A DNA stretch of 30,858 nucleotides from contig JBHLKB010000001.1 in the NCBI GenBank assembly GCA_048887205.1, forward strand, positions 1 through 30,858, written 5' to 3'. Positions 8,383 through 17,094 of this stretch are shown piece after piece (the stretch's first letter is position 1; every line of letters starts with the position of its first letter). The stretch comes from Candidatus Hodarchaeota archaeon. GTDB taxonomy: Archaea; Asgardarchaeota; Lokiarchaeia; Sigyniarchaeales; SOKP01. The notes below the pieces were generated by a model that worked only from the letters and a program-made list of their open reading frames with translations, was not told the DNA's origin and searched no databases. Made by a program: the position numbers and the translations under genes.

Positions 8383-9642
8383 TTGAGTAATTCCACGACG
8401 CCAGAGCGAATTAATCATGACCTCACCAGTAATAAGATAACAAGAGCAGAAGCCAATCTTTTATATATATCTTTGATTGAAAATTGTGAGGATGTTCATT
8501 ATAGGATTAAGTGTTTAGAAGAATTTGGAAAGATAATTATTAATTCTAAAAAAAATTTTCAAATCTTAGAAAACTATTTAATTTCAGATGTGAATCCATT
8601 AGTGAGATTCATTTCAGCAAAAATTTTGCTGCAAAGATTTCCTAATTTATGTTTAAATCCTTTAATATGGGTAATAGAAAATGATAATTCGATAGTAGTC
8701 CTGAAGGAGCTTATGGCATTAATAAAAGTTTCTGAAGAAAAAAACTCAAAATTGTTATCAGAAAGACTCCTAGACAGATTTACAGAAATTTATGGCACTA
8801 TTCCCAAAGAAGCTGAATTTTTATTGGACATAGAATATGAATTAAATCGAAATTTAGAGGTAGCTTTTTTAAAACCTATGGTAAAGAATAAAACTATTAT
8901 AGCATTGGATTTTGCAGGGAAGAAGCTAAAAAGATTACCAGGCTCTATTGGTAATTTATCAAATTTAGAGTATTTGAATCTATGGGACAACAATTTAACT
9001 ACGTTACCAAAGACAATTGAGTCGCTTAATAATTTGCAATTTTTATACTTAGATTGGAATAAATTTCGAAATATGCCAAATTTGCAGTGGGACAAGTTAA
9101 AATCGCTTAAAAAGTTAAGTTATACTAATAATTCTCAGATAAGTGAATTTCCCAACTCGTTATTTAAACTTATTAAAAAAAACTTTATACAAAAATACAT
9201 TAATGAGGGAGTCCTCTCTGATGACGCTCCTATATTAGGATTATTAGAAATTCTCACAGGGATGAAATTAAAAAAATTAATAAAAAAAGAGAAAATTTCC
9301 AGCTTATATGCTTGCAATTATAAAATAAATCTTAATGGAAATATCAGTGGCATTTATTTATATGGATATCACAGTTTTCAGATTAATGTTATTCCAAACT
9401 GTATAAGTTCTTTAAAATTTTTGGAAGAACTCGTGTTAAGGGATCAAAATATAAACTCCATTCCGGAATTCATTAAGGATATCAATACCCTAAAACTTCT
9501 TGATTTAAGGAGAAATAATATTGAAATTATTCCAGAATCATTATTAGAAATAAAATCATTGGAATTCTTAGATTTAGGAGAGAATAAAATAAAAGAACTG
9601 CCTAAATCAGTAAAAGTTTCTCATATTGATCTTTGGTTCTGA
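8383..9642 (+). CDS. HEAT-repeat plus leucine-rich-repeat protein
   Basis: HEAT-like RIKCLEEFG...YLISDVNPLVRFISAKIL; 23-aa LRRs LKRLPGSIGNLSNLEYLNLWDNNLTTLP and INSIPEFIKDINTLKLLDLRRNNIEIIP; TTG start. Confidence 0.9.
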   Translation: MSNSTTPERINHDLTSNKITRAEANLLYISLIENCEDVHYRIKCLEEFGKIIINSKKNFQILENYLISDVNPLVRFISAKILLQRFPNLCLNPLIWVIENDNSIVVLKELMALIKVSEEKNSKLLSERLLDRFTEIYGTIPKEAEFLLDIEYELNRNLEVAFLKPMVKNKTIIALDFAGKKLKRLPGSIGNLSNLEYLNLWDNNLTTLPKTIESLNNLQFLYLDWNKFRNMPNLQWDKLKSLKKLSYTNNSQISEFPNSLFKLIKKNFIQKYINEGVLSDDAPILGLLEILTGMKLKKLIKKEKISSLYACNYKINLNGNISGIYLYGYHSFQINVIPNCISSLKFLEELVLRDQNINSIPEFIKDINTLKLLDLRRNNIEIIPESLLEIKSLEFLDLGENKIKELPKSVKVSHIDLWF

Positions 9643-9675
9643 ACTTATTTTAAAAATTGTTTTTATGAAAATTTA

Positions 9676-10863
9676 TTATTTTCTCATCTGAATGAATTTA
9701 CCAGATTTCATTAGCTCACAGGGTGTCAAATACGTCAAATTTGTTTCTTCTACAAATTCTTCTAATAATTTTGTCCATTTTTCATAATTTCTTTTTCCTG
9801 CCCCAAACGGCCCCGGCATGTCCATTCCAGCCATCATTGTTTCATCAATAATTTTATAACCCGAGACAATACCTTCTTCTAAAAGTCTACATCCCTCATT
9901 TAATTGAATCGCCATAAGAAGCTCAGGATTTAAAATTCCAGCTTTTTTCGTTTTATCAACAGAAAGTTGACCTTCTTTCCATTCAAATAACCCTTTTCCT
10001 GTTTTTTTTCCTAAATTACCTTCATTTACTAATCTTGTCAAAGTTTTTCCTGGAGCGAATTCTGGAGAAAGAGCTTTCGCAAAATAATTTAAAGTATTAT
10101 ATGCTACATCAAGACCAAAATAATCCCATTTAGCAAATGGCCCTATTTTAGCTAAATGGTCAATATCTGCATCAATTTGTTCCAGTGGAATACCTCTCTC
10201 CATCGCATACTCAAGAAGCCAATTAATGTAAAGACCACCTGTTATCGTTAATCTATTTACAATAAAGCCCGGGCTTTCTTTTTCGAGGACTGGTAAAAAT
10301 CTTTCCCCTTTAAGTGCTGGAAATTTTTGGCATACTTTTTTACAGATATTAACTGTTTTCTCTGATGTGTCCTTACCTTTAATGATTTCAATTAATCTAA
10401 GCACTATTACTGGTGTAAAAAAATGACATCCAATGACTTTATCTGGACGTCCAGATGAGGAAGAAATTTCAGTTATACTCATTGTTGATGTATTAGTAGC
10501 CAAGATTGCGTGCTTTGGGGCGATTTTTCCTAATTTCTCGAAAAGATCTTGCTTCAGTTTCATGATTTCCGGAATTGCTTCAATAATGAAGTCTGCTTGC
10601 GATATAGATTTCTTAAGATCCCGTTCTTTTTTTAGATTTTTCATTAGATTAGAAGCTGTATATCCTCCTTTTAATTTTCCTTTAGCTTCTAACCTCTTTA
10701 AACCATTTTCAATTTTGTCTGCTGCTTTATTAAGAATTTCATCTTTTAAATCATTTAATATTACGCATTTAAAACCTCCCATTAAAGCAACCTGGGCTAT
10801 TTCATGACCCATAGTTCCAGCGCCTATAACTGCTATTGAATTTATGCTACTTATATCAACCAT
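9676..10863 (-). CDS. 3-hydroxyacyl-CoA dehydrogenase family protein
   Basis: NAD motif VIGAGTMGHEIA, ADFIIEAIPE, LATNTST, catalytic GCHFF, PGFIVNRL, GNLGKKTGKG and a duplicated C-terminal helical domain. Confidence 0.95.
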   Translation of the reverse strand: MVDISSINSIAVIGAGTMGHEIAQVALMGGFKCVILNDLKDEILNKAADKIENGLKRLEAKGKLKGGYTASNLMKNLKKERDLKKSISQADFIIEAIPEIMKLKQDLFEKLGKIAPKHAILATNTSTMSITEISSSSGRPDKVIGCHFFTPVIVLRLIEIIKGKDTSEKTVNICKKVCQKFPALKGERFLPVLEKESPGFIVNRLTITGGLYINWLLEYAMERGIPLEQIDADIDHLAKIGPFAKWDYFGLDVAYNTLNYFAKALSPEFAPGKTLTRLVNEGNLGKKTGKGLFEWKEGQLSVDKTKKAGILNPELLMAIQLNEGCRLLEEGIVSGYKIIDETMMAGMDMPGPFGAGKRNYEKWTKLLEEFVEETNLTYLTPCELMKSGKFIQMRK

Positions 10864-10900
10864 CGTTTTAATTCTCGTTTCTTTTATTAATTATTTTTAA

Positions 10901-11929
10901 CTAAACAAAAAAAGTTGAAATTAAATACCATGAGAATATCATTGTTCCTATCCCTAGAAAAATTGAAATTGGAAGACCAGGCAAAATTTTATTTCTTTTT
11001 AATCCCGAAATAGTAATACCAGTACCAATTATTATAGAAATTGCAGTAAAAATCATTACTATTAGATTATTGGATTGAACGAGGGCACTAGAAGTAAGCA
11101 TACTATAAAAAGCTAAATCACCTATACCAATCTCTAGTTTTGAAGTGTCATATTCATAATCTCCCGATTTAATTTTACCTTCTAATTCTGTTTCATTGGA
11201 ATTTGATGCAATATCTATTAATTGTTTAATTGGACCGCGTTTATATAATACAGCAAATATATCCCAACATGAAATCCCAATTAGTATGGCTAATGTTGTC
11301 CAGAGAGGCATTAAAACTCCCATTGATGCTCCTATTAACAATCCTATATATAAAACAATAAAATTTTTAGTTTTGATTGACTTTGAACCAAAATATCTAT
11401 ATAACATGAATATGGTGAAAACAGCAGTAAAAAAAATTAATTCAAAATAAAACAAATAGTATACACGAGGTATTGTGTTAAATGCTAACCATATTATTAT
11501 ATCACCAAAAAACCAAGTTTGAAAAAATCCAATCAAAGCGAAACTAAATCCAAAGATATACATTAAAACCCCAATACCCTTTCTTTTTATTACAAATATG
11601 ATAATGAAAGCAGATATTACTGCTAAAGATGTATAAATTAAGCCATTCAAAACTCCGCCCAATAATCCCAATTCACTTTCTGGGAAATATCCCCCATCAA
11701 TTTGTATACCCGCTTCAATATATGTCAGATATGCTAAAATTCCCGAAATTATAACAACAGTAATTATTGGAACTGGATATAAATTTCTTTTTATTCTATA
11801 AGTTGGAAAGAAATGAGGTATAAAATCTTTTTTAATTATTTCTTTATCTGTTTCTGCTTCAATTCCAGATTCTTCGAAATTATCATTCCTTAATTTGGTC
11901 TCCTCAGAATTTTTTGAGATATCTGTCAT
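10901..11929 (-). CDS. Presenilin-type GxGD intramembrane aspartyl protease (MEROPS A22)
   Basis: About 9 hydrophobic segments; first Asp in ISCWDIFAVL (D223), second in GIGDLAFYSML (D271); PAL-equivalent LPGLPISI. Confidence 0.93.
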   Translation of the reverse strand: MTDISKNSEETKLRNDNFEESGIEAETDKEIIKKDFIPHFFPTYRIKRNLYPVPIITVVIISGILAYLTYIEAGIQIDGGYFPESELGLLGGVLNGLIYTSLAVISAFIIIFVIKRKGIGVLMYIFGFSFALIGFFQTWFFGDIIIWLAFNTIPRVYYLFYFELIFFTAVFTIFMLYRYFGSKSIKTKNFIVLYIGLLIGASMGVLMPLWTTLAILIGISCWDIFAVLYKRGPIKQLIDIASNSNETELEGKIKSGDYEYDTSKLEIGIGDLAFYSMLTSSALVQSNNLIVMIFTAISIIIGTGITISGLKRNKILPGLPISIFLGIGTMIFSWYLISTFFV

Positions 11930-12086
11930 TTTTTATTAATATTAATAATAGAAAAATAATTAGTTTTAATTTATAATATTATTAATGACTTAAATACCTA
12001 TTAATAATAATTTTAAACCCAATTTTTCAATTTTTTATTGAAAGAAAGAAACTTCTTATAGAAAGTAACTTATAATTCTTCTGATA

Positions 12087-12833
12087 ATGCCAAAACTTCA
12101 AAAATATGAGCAAAAAATTCGAAGATATAAAGAAAAATTAAAAAAATTAATTACACGAATAGGAATTTCTTACATTGAAGAATTTGAATTAAAGGATGAA
12201 GTCTCAAGTAAACTATTATTCCCTTGTCATTTAGGAATTCTATTCTTTGGAGAATACGATATAGATTTCTTTGAAAGAATCAAATTTAATTTAAATCAAG
12301 TATATGATTCTTTTTTCTTTGGTATTACAAATTTAGGATGTTATAATTTTTCTATCAAGCAATTTTCTAAAGGTGTTAAAAAGGAATATAAAGAAATGCA
12401 AAAACCCTTTGATAAAATGGAAATACATCCAACTAATAAATTCTATCAAATACTAATAAACAAGAGGAAGGAAGAAAATCTTGGATTAATAATTGCTATA
12501 ACTGATCTTCCTATATATTCAAGTAGTAATGATAATATATTGTTTCTATTTGGAGAAACTCACTTAAAACACCGATGTTGTGTAGTATCATCATTAAAAT
12601 TAAAAGAACAATTCTATAATAGACCTGATGATCATCCACTTTTTGAACAGCGAGTATTTAAAGAAATTATCCATGAAGTTGGTCACTTAATAATAAGTCC
12701 TGACCATTGTCTCAAAAATTCATGCGTTATGCGATTTTCAAATAACGTGAGAGAAATTGATAAGAAATCAATTAATTTTTGTGATGAATGTAAAAAAAAA
12801 CTATATAAAGTTAGAGATCGATTCAATTTCTAA
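12087..12833 (+). CDS. Archaemetzincin-like zinc metalloprotease with N-terminal extension
   Basis: IIAITDLPIY, FLFGE, CVVSSLKL, FKEIIHEVGH...HC, Met-turn CVMRFSN and FCDEC (Cys4 structural site). Confidence 0.9.
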   Translation: MPKLQKYEQKIRRYKEKLKKLITRIGISYIEEFELKDEVSSKLLFPCHLGILFFGEYDIDFFERIKFNLNQVYDSFFFGITNLGCYNFSIKQFSKGVKKEYKEMQKPFDKMEIHPTNKFYQILINKRKEENLGLIIAITDLPIYSSSNDNILFLFGETHLKHRCCVVSSLKLKEQFYNRPDDHPLFEQRVFKEIIHEVGHLIISPDHCLKNSCVMRFSNNVREIDKKSINFCDECKKKLYKVRDRFNF

Positions 12834-12851
12834 TAAAACCTAAATAATAAA

Positions 12852-14102
12852 TTAGAAACTAGCAATAGGGAGTTTATGAACAAATTCTTTAACTAACTCC
12901 ACTCTCTCTTTTCTATCTTTCTTATAATAACGTAAAGGGTAGAGCTCATTAATTATAAACTTATAAAGTTTCACCCAAGTTTTTGCTACTTTACTAATTC
13001 TGTAATTTTGTGCTACCATTTTAGAATGCATGCCCATTTCTGTCCTTAAGTCGTCATTTTTAAATAATCTTACGGTATTATCCTTGAAATCATTAAGATT
13101 ATTACAAAGATACCCAGTTTTGCCATGTCTGATCACATTTGAAATTCCAACCGCATTTGCTCCTATACAGGGGGTTCCTTGCGCCATTGCTTCAATTAAT
13201 ACTAATCCCTCAGCTTCTATCCATGACCATAAACAAGCTAAATCAGCAGTATTATATAGTCTTAATAAATCTGTGAAAGGCACTCGACCTAAATATGAAA
13301 CATTATCTCTATAGTGTTTCTTTTTGATGAGTTTCTTAACATGTGAACTTGATGGTCCGTCACTTCCAACAAGTACTAAATGCGAATCTGGTACTTCCGT
13401 TTTGATCTTTCTAAACGTTTTAATTACATTTAGTTGATGCTTCTCAGGGGACAACCTAGAAGCATATAGAAGTATCTTCTTGTTGTCTAAGTTGTATTTA
13501 TCTCGTATTCCATTTTCCTTTAAGTCTGTATAATATAAATCTGATATACCGTTAGTCATACAAATAATTGGTTCTTTAAATCTTTGATTTCTAAGTAATT
13601 CTTTTTTTGATTTCGTAGGAACTGAAACGAGATCATATTTATCTAATACATGCCTTTCATAACGCCAAACCCAATCCATTCTTGCTAATAATTTACCAAA
13701 TACTGGGATGTATTGGGCTGTGTAAAATGATAATGGAGAATTATGAGTTCCAACCATTGGAATCCCTAGATATTTAGCCCAATTAATTCCCATTGAACCA
13801 AAACTGGCATGTGTGTGAATATGAGCAATATCTAGAAAATCATATTGACAAAAAAAGTATCTGTGTATTGGAAGGCTTAGTACAAACCCAGTTTTTGAAG
13901 AAATTTTTGCCCCTAAAAAGTTATAGAGGTATAGATTTTTAATTTTTGTTTTAGGGTAATGAATACCGGGTGCAAATACATGGACATTATGCCCAGTATA
14001 TTTTGCAATGCCTTCAGCAAGGTTTCTGCAAGCTATAGCACTACCATTAATTTGTGAATACATACTGGTGAAAAATCCAATATCCAATTTCTGTTTAGCC
14101 AT
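12852..14102 (-). CDS. GT4-family glycosyltransferase (diacylglycerol glucosyltransferase/UGDG-like)
   Basis: GT-B features: GFFTSMYSQINGS, HIHTHASFG, LYASRLSPEK and the Ex7E motif EAEGLVLIEAMAQGTP. Confidence 0.9.
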   Translation of the reverse strand: MAKQKLDIGFFTSMYSQINGSAIACRNLAEGIAKYTGHNVHVFAPGIHYPKTKIKNLYLYNFLGAKISSKTGFVLSLPIHRYFFCQYDFLDIAHIHTHASFGSMGINWAKYLGIPMVGTHNSPLSFYTAQYIPVFGKLLARMDWVWRYERHVLDKYDLVSVPTKSKKELLRNQRFKEPIICMTNGISDLYYTDLKENGIRDKYNLDNKKILLYASRLSPEKHQLNVIKTFRKIKTEVPDSHLVLVGSDGPSSSHVKKLIKKKHYRDNVSYLGRVPFTDLLRLYNTADLACLWSWIEAEGLVLIEAMAQGTPCIGANAVGISNVIRHGKTGYLCNNLNDFKDNTVRLFKNDDLRTEMGMHSKMVAQNYRISKVAKTWVKLYKFIINELYPLRYYKKDRKERVELVKEFVHKLPIASF

Positions 14103-14148
14103 ATCGCATCTAAAATAAAAGATCGAAGTTTTGAGATTAATCTCTTTG

Positions 14149-14205
14149 AATAAAAAACATGTTTTTTATTAATTAAATTAAAAACATGTTTATATATAAA
14201 AACAT
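14149..14205. repeat. 22-bp perfect palindrome plus reiterated AAAAACAT boxes
   Basis: AATAAAAAACATGTTTTTTATT at 14149-14170; AAAAACAT at 14153, 14180 and 14198; AAACATGTTT palindrome at 14182-14191. Confidence 0.6.
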
Positions 14206-14418
14206 ATGATTTAATAAAAAAAAATTGATTTTTTAATAAGGTTATTCAACATAAAATTAAATTTATTAATGATTCACCAATTAATTTCTAATCTCATATA
14301 TTTAAACATGAGATAATTATGAATAATTTGATAGAAAGTATTTCTTTGGATTTTTTTTTAAGCATTATTCAAATAAAAATTAATAAAATTTTTTTGTATT
14401 GTTAAATGATTCAAAATC

Positions 14419-14589
14419 ATGGACTTAGAAGAAGAGAAGAAAATAATTGAAGAAATCTTAAAACAAAGAAGATTGTCTTATTCTATAGAGATATTAGATG
14501 TCCAAGGAGATAAATACACAATAAGAAATAATTTTGGTTCTAAAATAGTTTATATGAAGAAAGGAGATAGTTTTATATTGGAAGAGTAA
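14419..14589 (+). CDS. Small hypothetical protein (56 aa) missing from the ORF track
   Basis: ATG 14419 to TAA 14587-14589 reads MDLEEEKKIIEEILKQRRLSYSIEILDVQGDKYTIRNNFGSKIVYMKKGDSFILEE; purine-rich coding-like stretch inside an AT-rich spacer. Confidence 0.7.
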   Translation: MDLEEEKKIIEEILKQRRLSYSIEILDVQGDKYTIRNNFGSKIVYMKKGDSFILEE

Positions 14590-14980
14590 CTAACAGAAAA
14601 AGTAGAATATATTCTTTTCTAAATATAAATTTAAAAATTTTTAAAAATTACTTACCCTTTGTGGTATTTTATTTTTTATTTAATAAGATAAGATCTTATA
14701 TTATTTTTTAGATAAGAATTTAAGATACAAATTTTATAATTTAATTAACGATAATAAAAAAATATTCTAATTAATCGGTTGATCAAGTATTCGTCGAAGA
14801 AGGATTGGGTCAGATAGTGCAGAAGATAAATTTATTGAAAAGTTTCGGGCAGTTATTGATGATCACACATCACTTTCAATCTATAATAAAAAGAAAAGAT
14901 CGTTCTGTATTATTCGAAAAGATTTAGCAAAATCATATGAGATCGAGGTTGATGCTTCAGAAGCTCCAGTTTTAAATAAG

Positions 14981-15922
14981 TTGCTCAATGATCCAGAACC
15001 TTATGAGAGCTCGATTGCTGATTTAAAAATTTTGGAGGAAGAAATCTTACCCATAAATGATGCTTTTCAGAAAGTTTTTGGTCTTGATAAAGAGCTTAAG
15101 CTAAATTCTATTAAACTAGCTATAGGTAGTAATATAAGTGATTATGTTACAATTGGAGAAAATGATTTGATTAAATATGATGTCAAACCCACACTTACAG
15201 GATTATTAGATTTCATCAAGGAAAACAAGGAAAGTATTCTAGGGTTTTTAGATTGTGAATATATTAGTGAAGAGGGAAACGTTATATATCTTAATTGTGG
15301 GAAAAAGAACATATCAGAAAATATTTTTTCTATAAAAGTCCTGATCCTTGCCTCTCTGCAACAACGAGGATTTTTTCTTCAACAGGAACATAAGTACTAC
15401 GGTCTTCAACTTTATATAATTCTAGAATCGAGGCAACCAAACGATAATTTGTTATTTAAGTTATTGAAGGAACTAAATATTGATTGGGAATTAATATTTT
15501 TTAGAAGAAAACTTGCTATTCATGATTGGACCGAGATTGAATGTGAAAAAAATTCTGAAAATCTCAAAAGTTATCTTCGCGCCAAGTTTGAGACTCTAAA
15601 TTATTTTGATGTAAATAATATAATACGTTTAATCGTTAAGAATCAGTTACCTTTTAAAGTGGCCTATAAAATGGCCTCTTTATTATATAAAATGAAAAAT
15701 CAGCGAACAATTCGGATTTCCGATAAAGCTTTTCAAGAAAGTTCCTATCCAGAAGACCAAATTCAACAAGATGAGTATTCTATTACCCTTAAAAAAGCTG
15801 AAGTTGCTGCTGCAGCCAAACTCGCTTGTGCATACTTAGGAATCCCAAAAAAAATGAAGTTCGACCGAGATATTTCATCTGATGAAATTCTAAAATATGA
15901 AGAAGAATTAACAAATATGTAA
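14981..15922 (+). CDS. Hypothetical protein; true start probably further upstream; weak TFB/cyclin-fold resemblance at the C-terminus
   Basis: 313-aa ORF from TTG; the frame stays open for 66 more codons upstream, to 14783. Confidence 0.7.
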   Translation: MLNDPEPYESSIADLKILEEEILPINDAFQKVFGLDKELKLNSIKLAIGSNISDYVTIGENDLIKYDVKPTLTGLLDFIKENKESILGFLDCEYISEEGNVIYLNCGKKNISENIFSIKVLILASLQQRGFFLQQEHKYYGLQLYIILESRQPNDNLLFKLLKELNIDWELIFFRRKLAIHDWTEIECEKNSENLKSYLRAKFETLNYFDVNNIIRLIVKNQLPFKVAYKMASLLYKMKNQRTIRISDKAFQESSYPEDQIQQDEYSITLKKAEVAAAAKLACAYLGIPKKMKFDRDISSDEILKYEEELTNM

Positions 15923-15985
15923 TAACTTCACTTATATTTTCTATTAAAAAAAATCATTAGAATTAAAAATACTATTAATCTGTTA

Positions 15986-16981
15986 TTATATCAATCCATA
16001 AGAGAGTTTCAACAATTCATGATTTACTTTTCCTAAAGTTTTACTTCTTCCTGTTTTTATATTTGTAACAGTATATATTGCTGGAGCAAATAATCCTGGG
16101 TCAATATCATAAAAGTTATAATTTGCAGCTTTGAATATTTCAAGAAAAGGTTTTCCATAACTTGGTGATGTATTAGCTGGTGCTTCTTTAAGAAGTTCAA
16201 ATATTTCTTCTTCTTTATCCTTTTCTACATTAATCGTATAATATGTTAAGCCAGCAGCAATTATAGAATCGTTAGTACGCCCCATCGCACCGAGGTCATC
16301 TTTAGCAATAGGAGCAACTGTAGTAGAACCAAAACCATCAATTAAAGCCTCTATCGGAAATTTTATTTCATGTAATTTATGTATTCCAGTCTCTACAATT
16401 CTGGAGGCAACTTGAATTGAACCTGTCAAACATGCAGTTGGAGCACATAATGCATATGTATTATTTGTTTCCACACTACATTTTTTTGCTACAATTTCCA
16501 TAACTTCTTCATTTGGCAATTTATGAGTTTCAAATATAATGACGGCACAATTAGAATCGTCGCTGTAATCTATTTCTTCAAATAACTTTTCCACTTTACT
16601 TTTAGCACGAGCGGGTCCTGATCCCAAAGATTGAAAAACAACTTTTTTTTTAACCTGTCCATCCGTTTCTACTTCCTTTTTTAATTTGACACTCCAACCA
16701 GCCAATTGAGAAGCCAAACATGAAATTATTGGTTCCGAAGTGTAAACATTAACACTCGGCAGAAAATGTCCATCCAAATTATAAGAAGAAAATTTTACAG
16801 TCCCTAAACCACCCATACAAATTTCTCCCATTAATTTGCCTCCATCCCAAGTTGCTTTTGACATATCAAGTACAGTGGACCCATTTGCTAATTTAACTAT
16901 CTCTACATTATAAATATCTTTATTTTGAATGATTTTTTCAATAATATGCTTAGCAATGTCATTTATTTTTACGTGATGCAC
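15986..16981 (-). CDS. mch: Methenyltetrahydromethanopterin cyclohydrolase
   Basis: EICMGGLG, CLASQLAGW, GSGPARA, GSIQVASRIVETG, MGRTNDSI, YGKPF, DPGLFAPA; GTG start with GGTGA at 16988-16992. Confidence 0.97.
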   Translation of the reverse strand: MHHVKINDIAKHIIEKIIQNKDIYNVEIVKLANGSTVLDMSKATWDGGKLMGEICMGGLGTVKFSSYNLDGHFLPSVNVYTSEPIISCLASQLAGWSVKLKKEVETDGQVKKKVVFQSLGSGPARAKSKVEKLFEEIDYSDDSNCAVIIFETHKLPNEEVMEIVAKKCSVETNNTYALCAPTACLTGSIQVASRIVETGIHKLHEIKFPIEALIDGFGSTTVAPIAKDDLGAMGRTNDSIIAAGLTYYTINVEKDKEEEIFELLKEAPANTSPSYGKPFLEIFKAANYNFYDIDPGLFAPAIYTVTNIKTGRSKTLGKVNHELLKLSYGLI

Positions 16982-17094
16982 TTATTTTCACCTTATTAAA
17001 TTTATTTTTTTTAATTGAGTATTTATTATTATTTTGATAATTTAATATAATATAATTTTGATTTTGCATTTATGATTATCTACTTCCATAAATA

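Noticed and set aside
9640-9712. Read-through of the TGA ending the LRR gene
   Set aside because: The extension is short, has no LRR pattern and overlaps the convergent dehydrogenase gene.
14103-14980. Long AT-rich gap as a possible replication origin or ncRNA locus
   Set aside because: No ORB-like boxes and no cdc6/orc1 nearby; much of the gap is explained by the 56-aa ORF and the upstream extension of the next gene.
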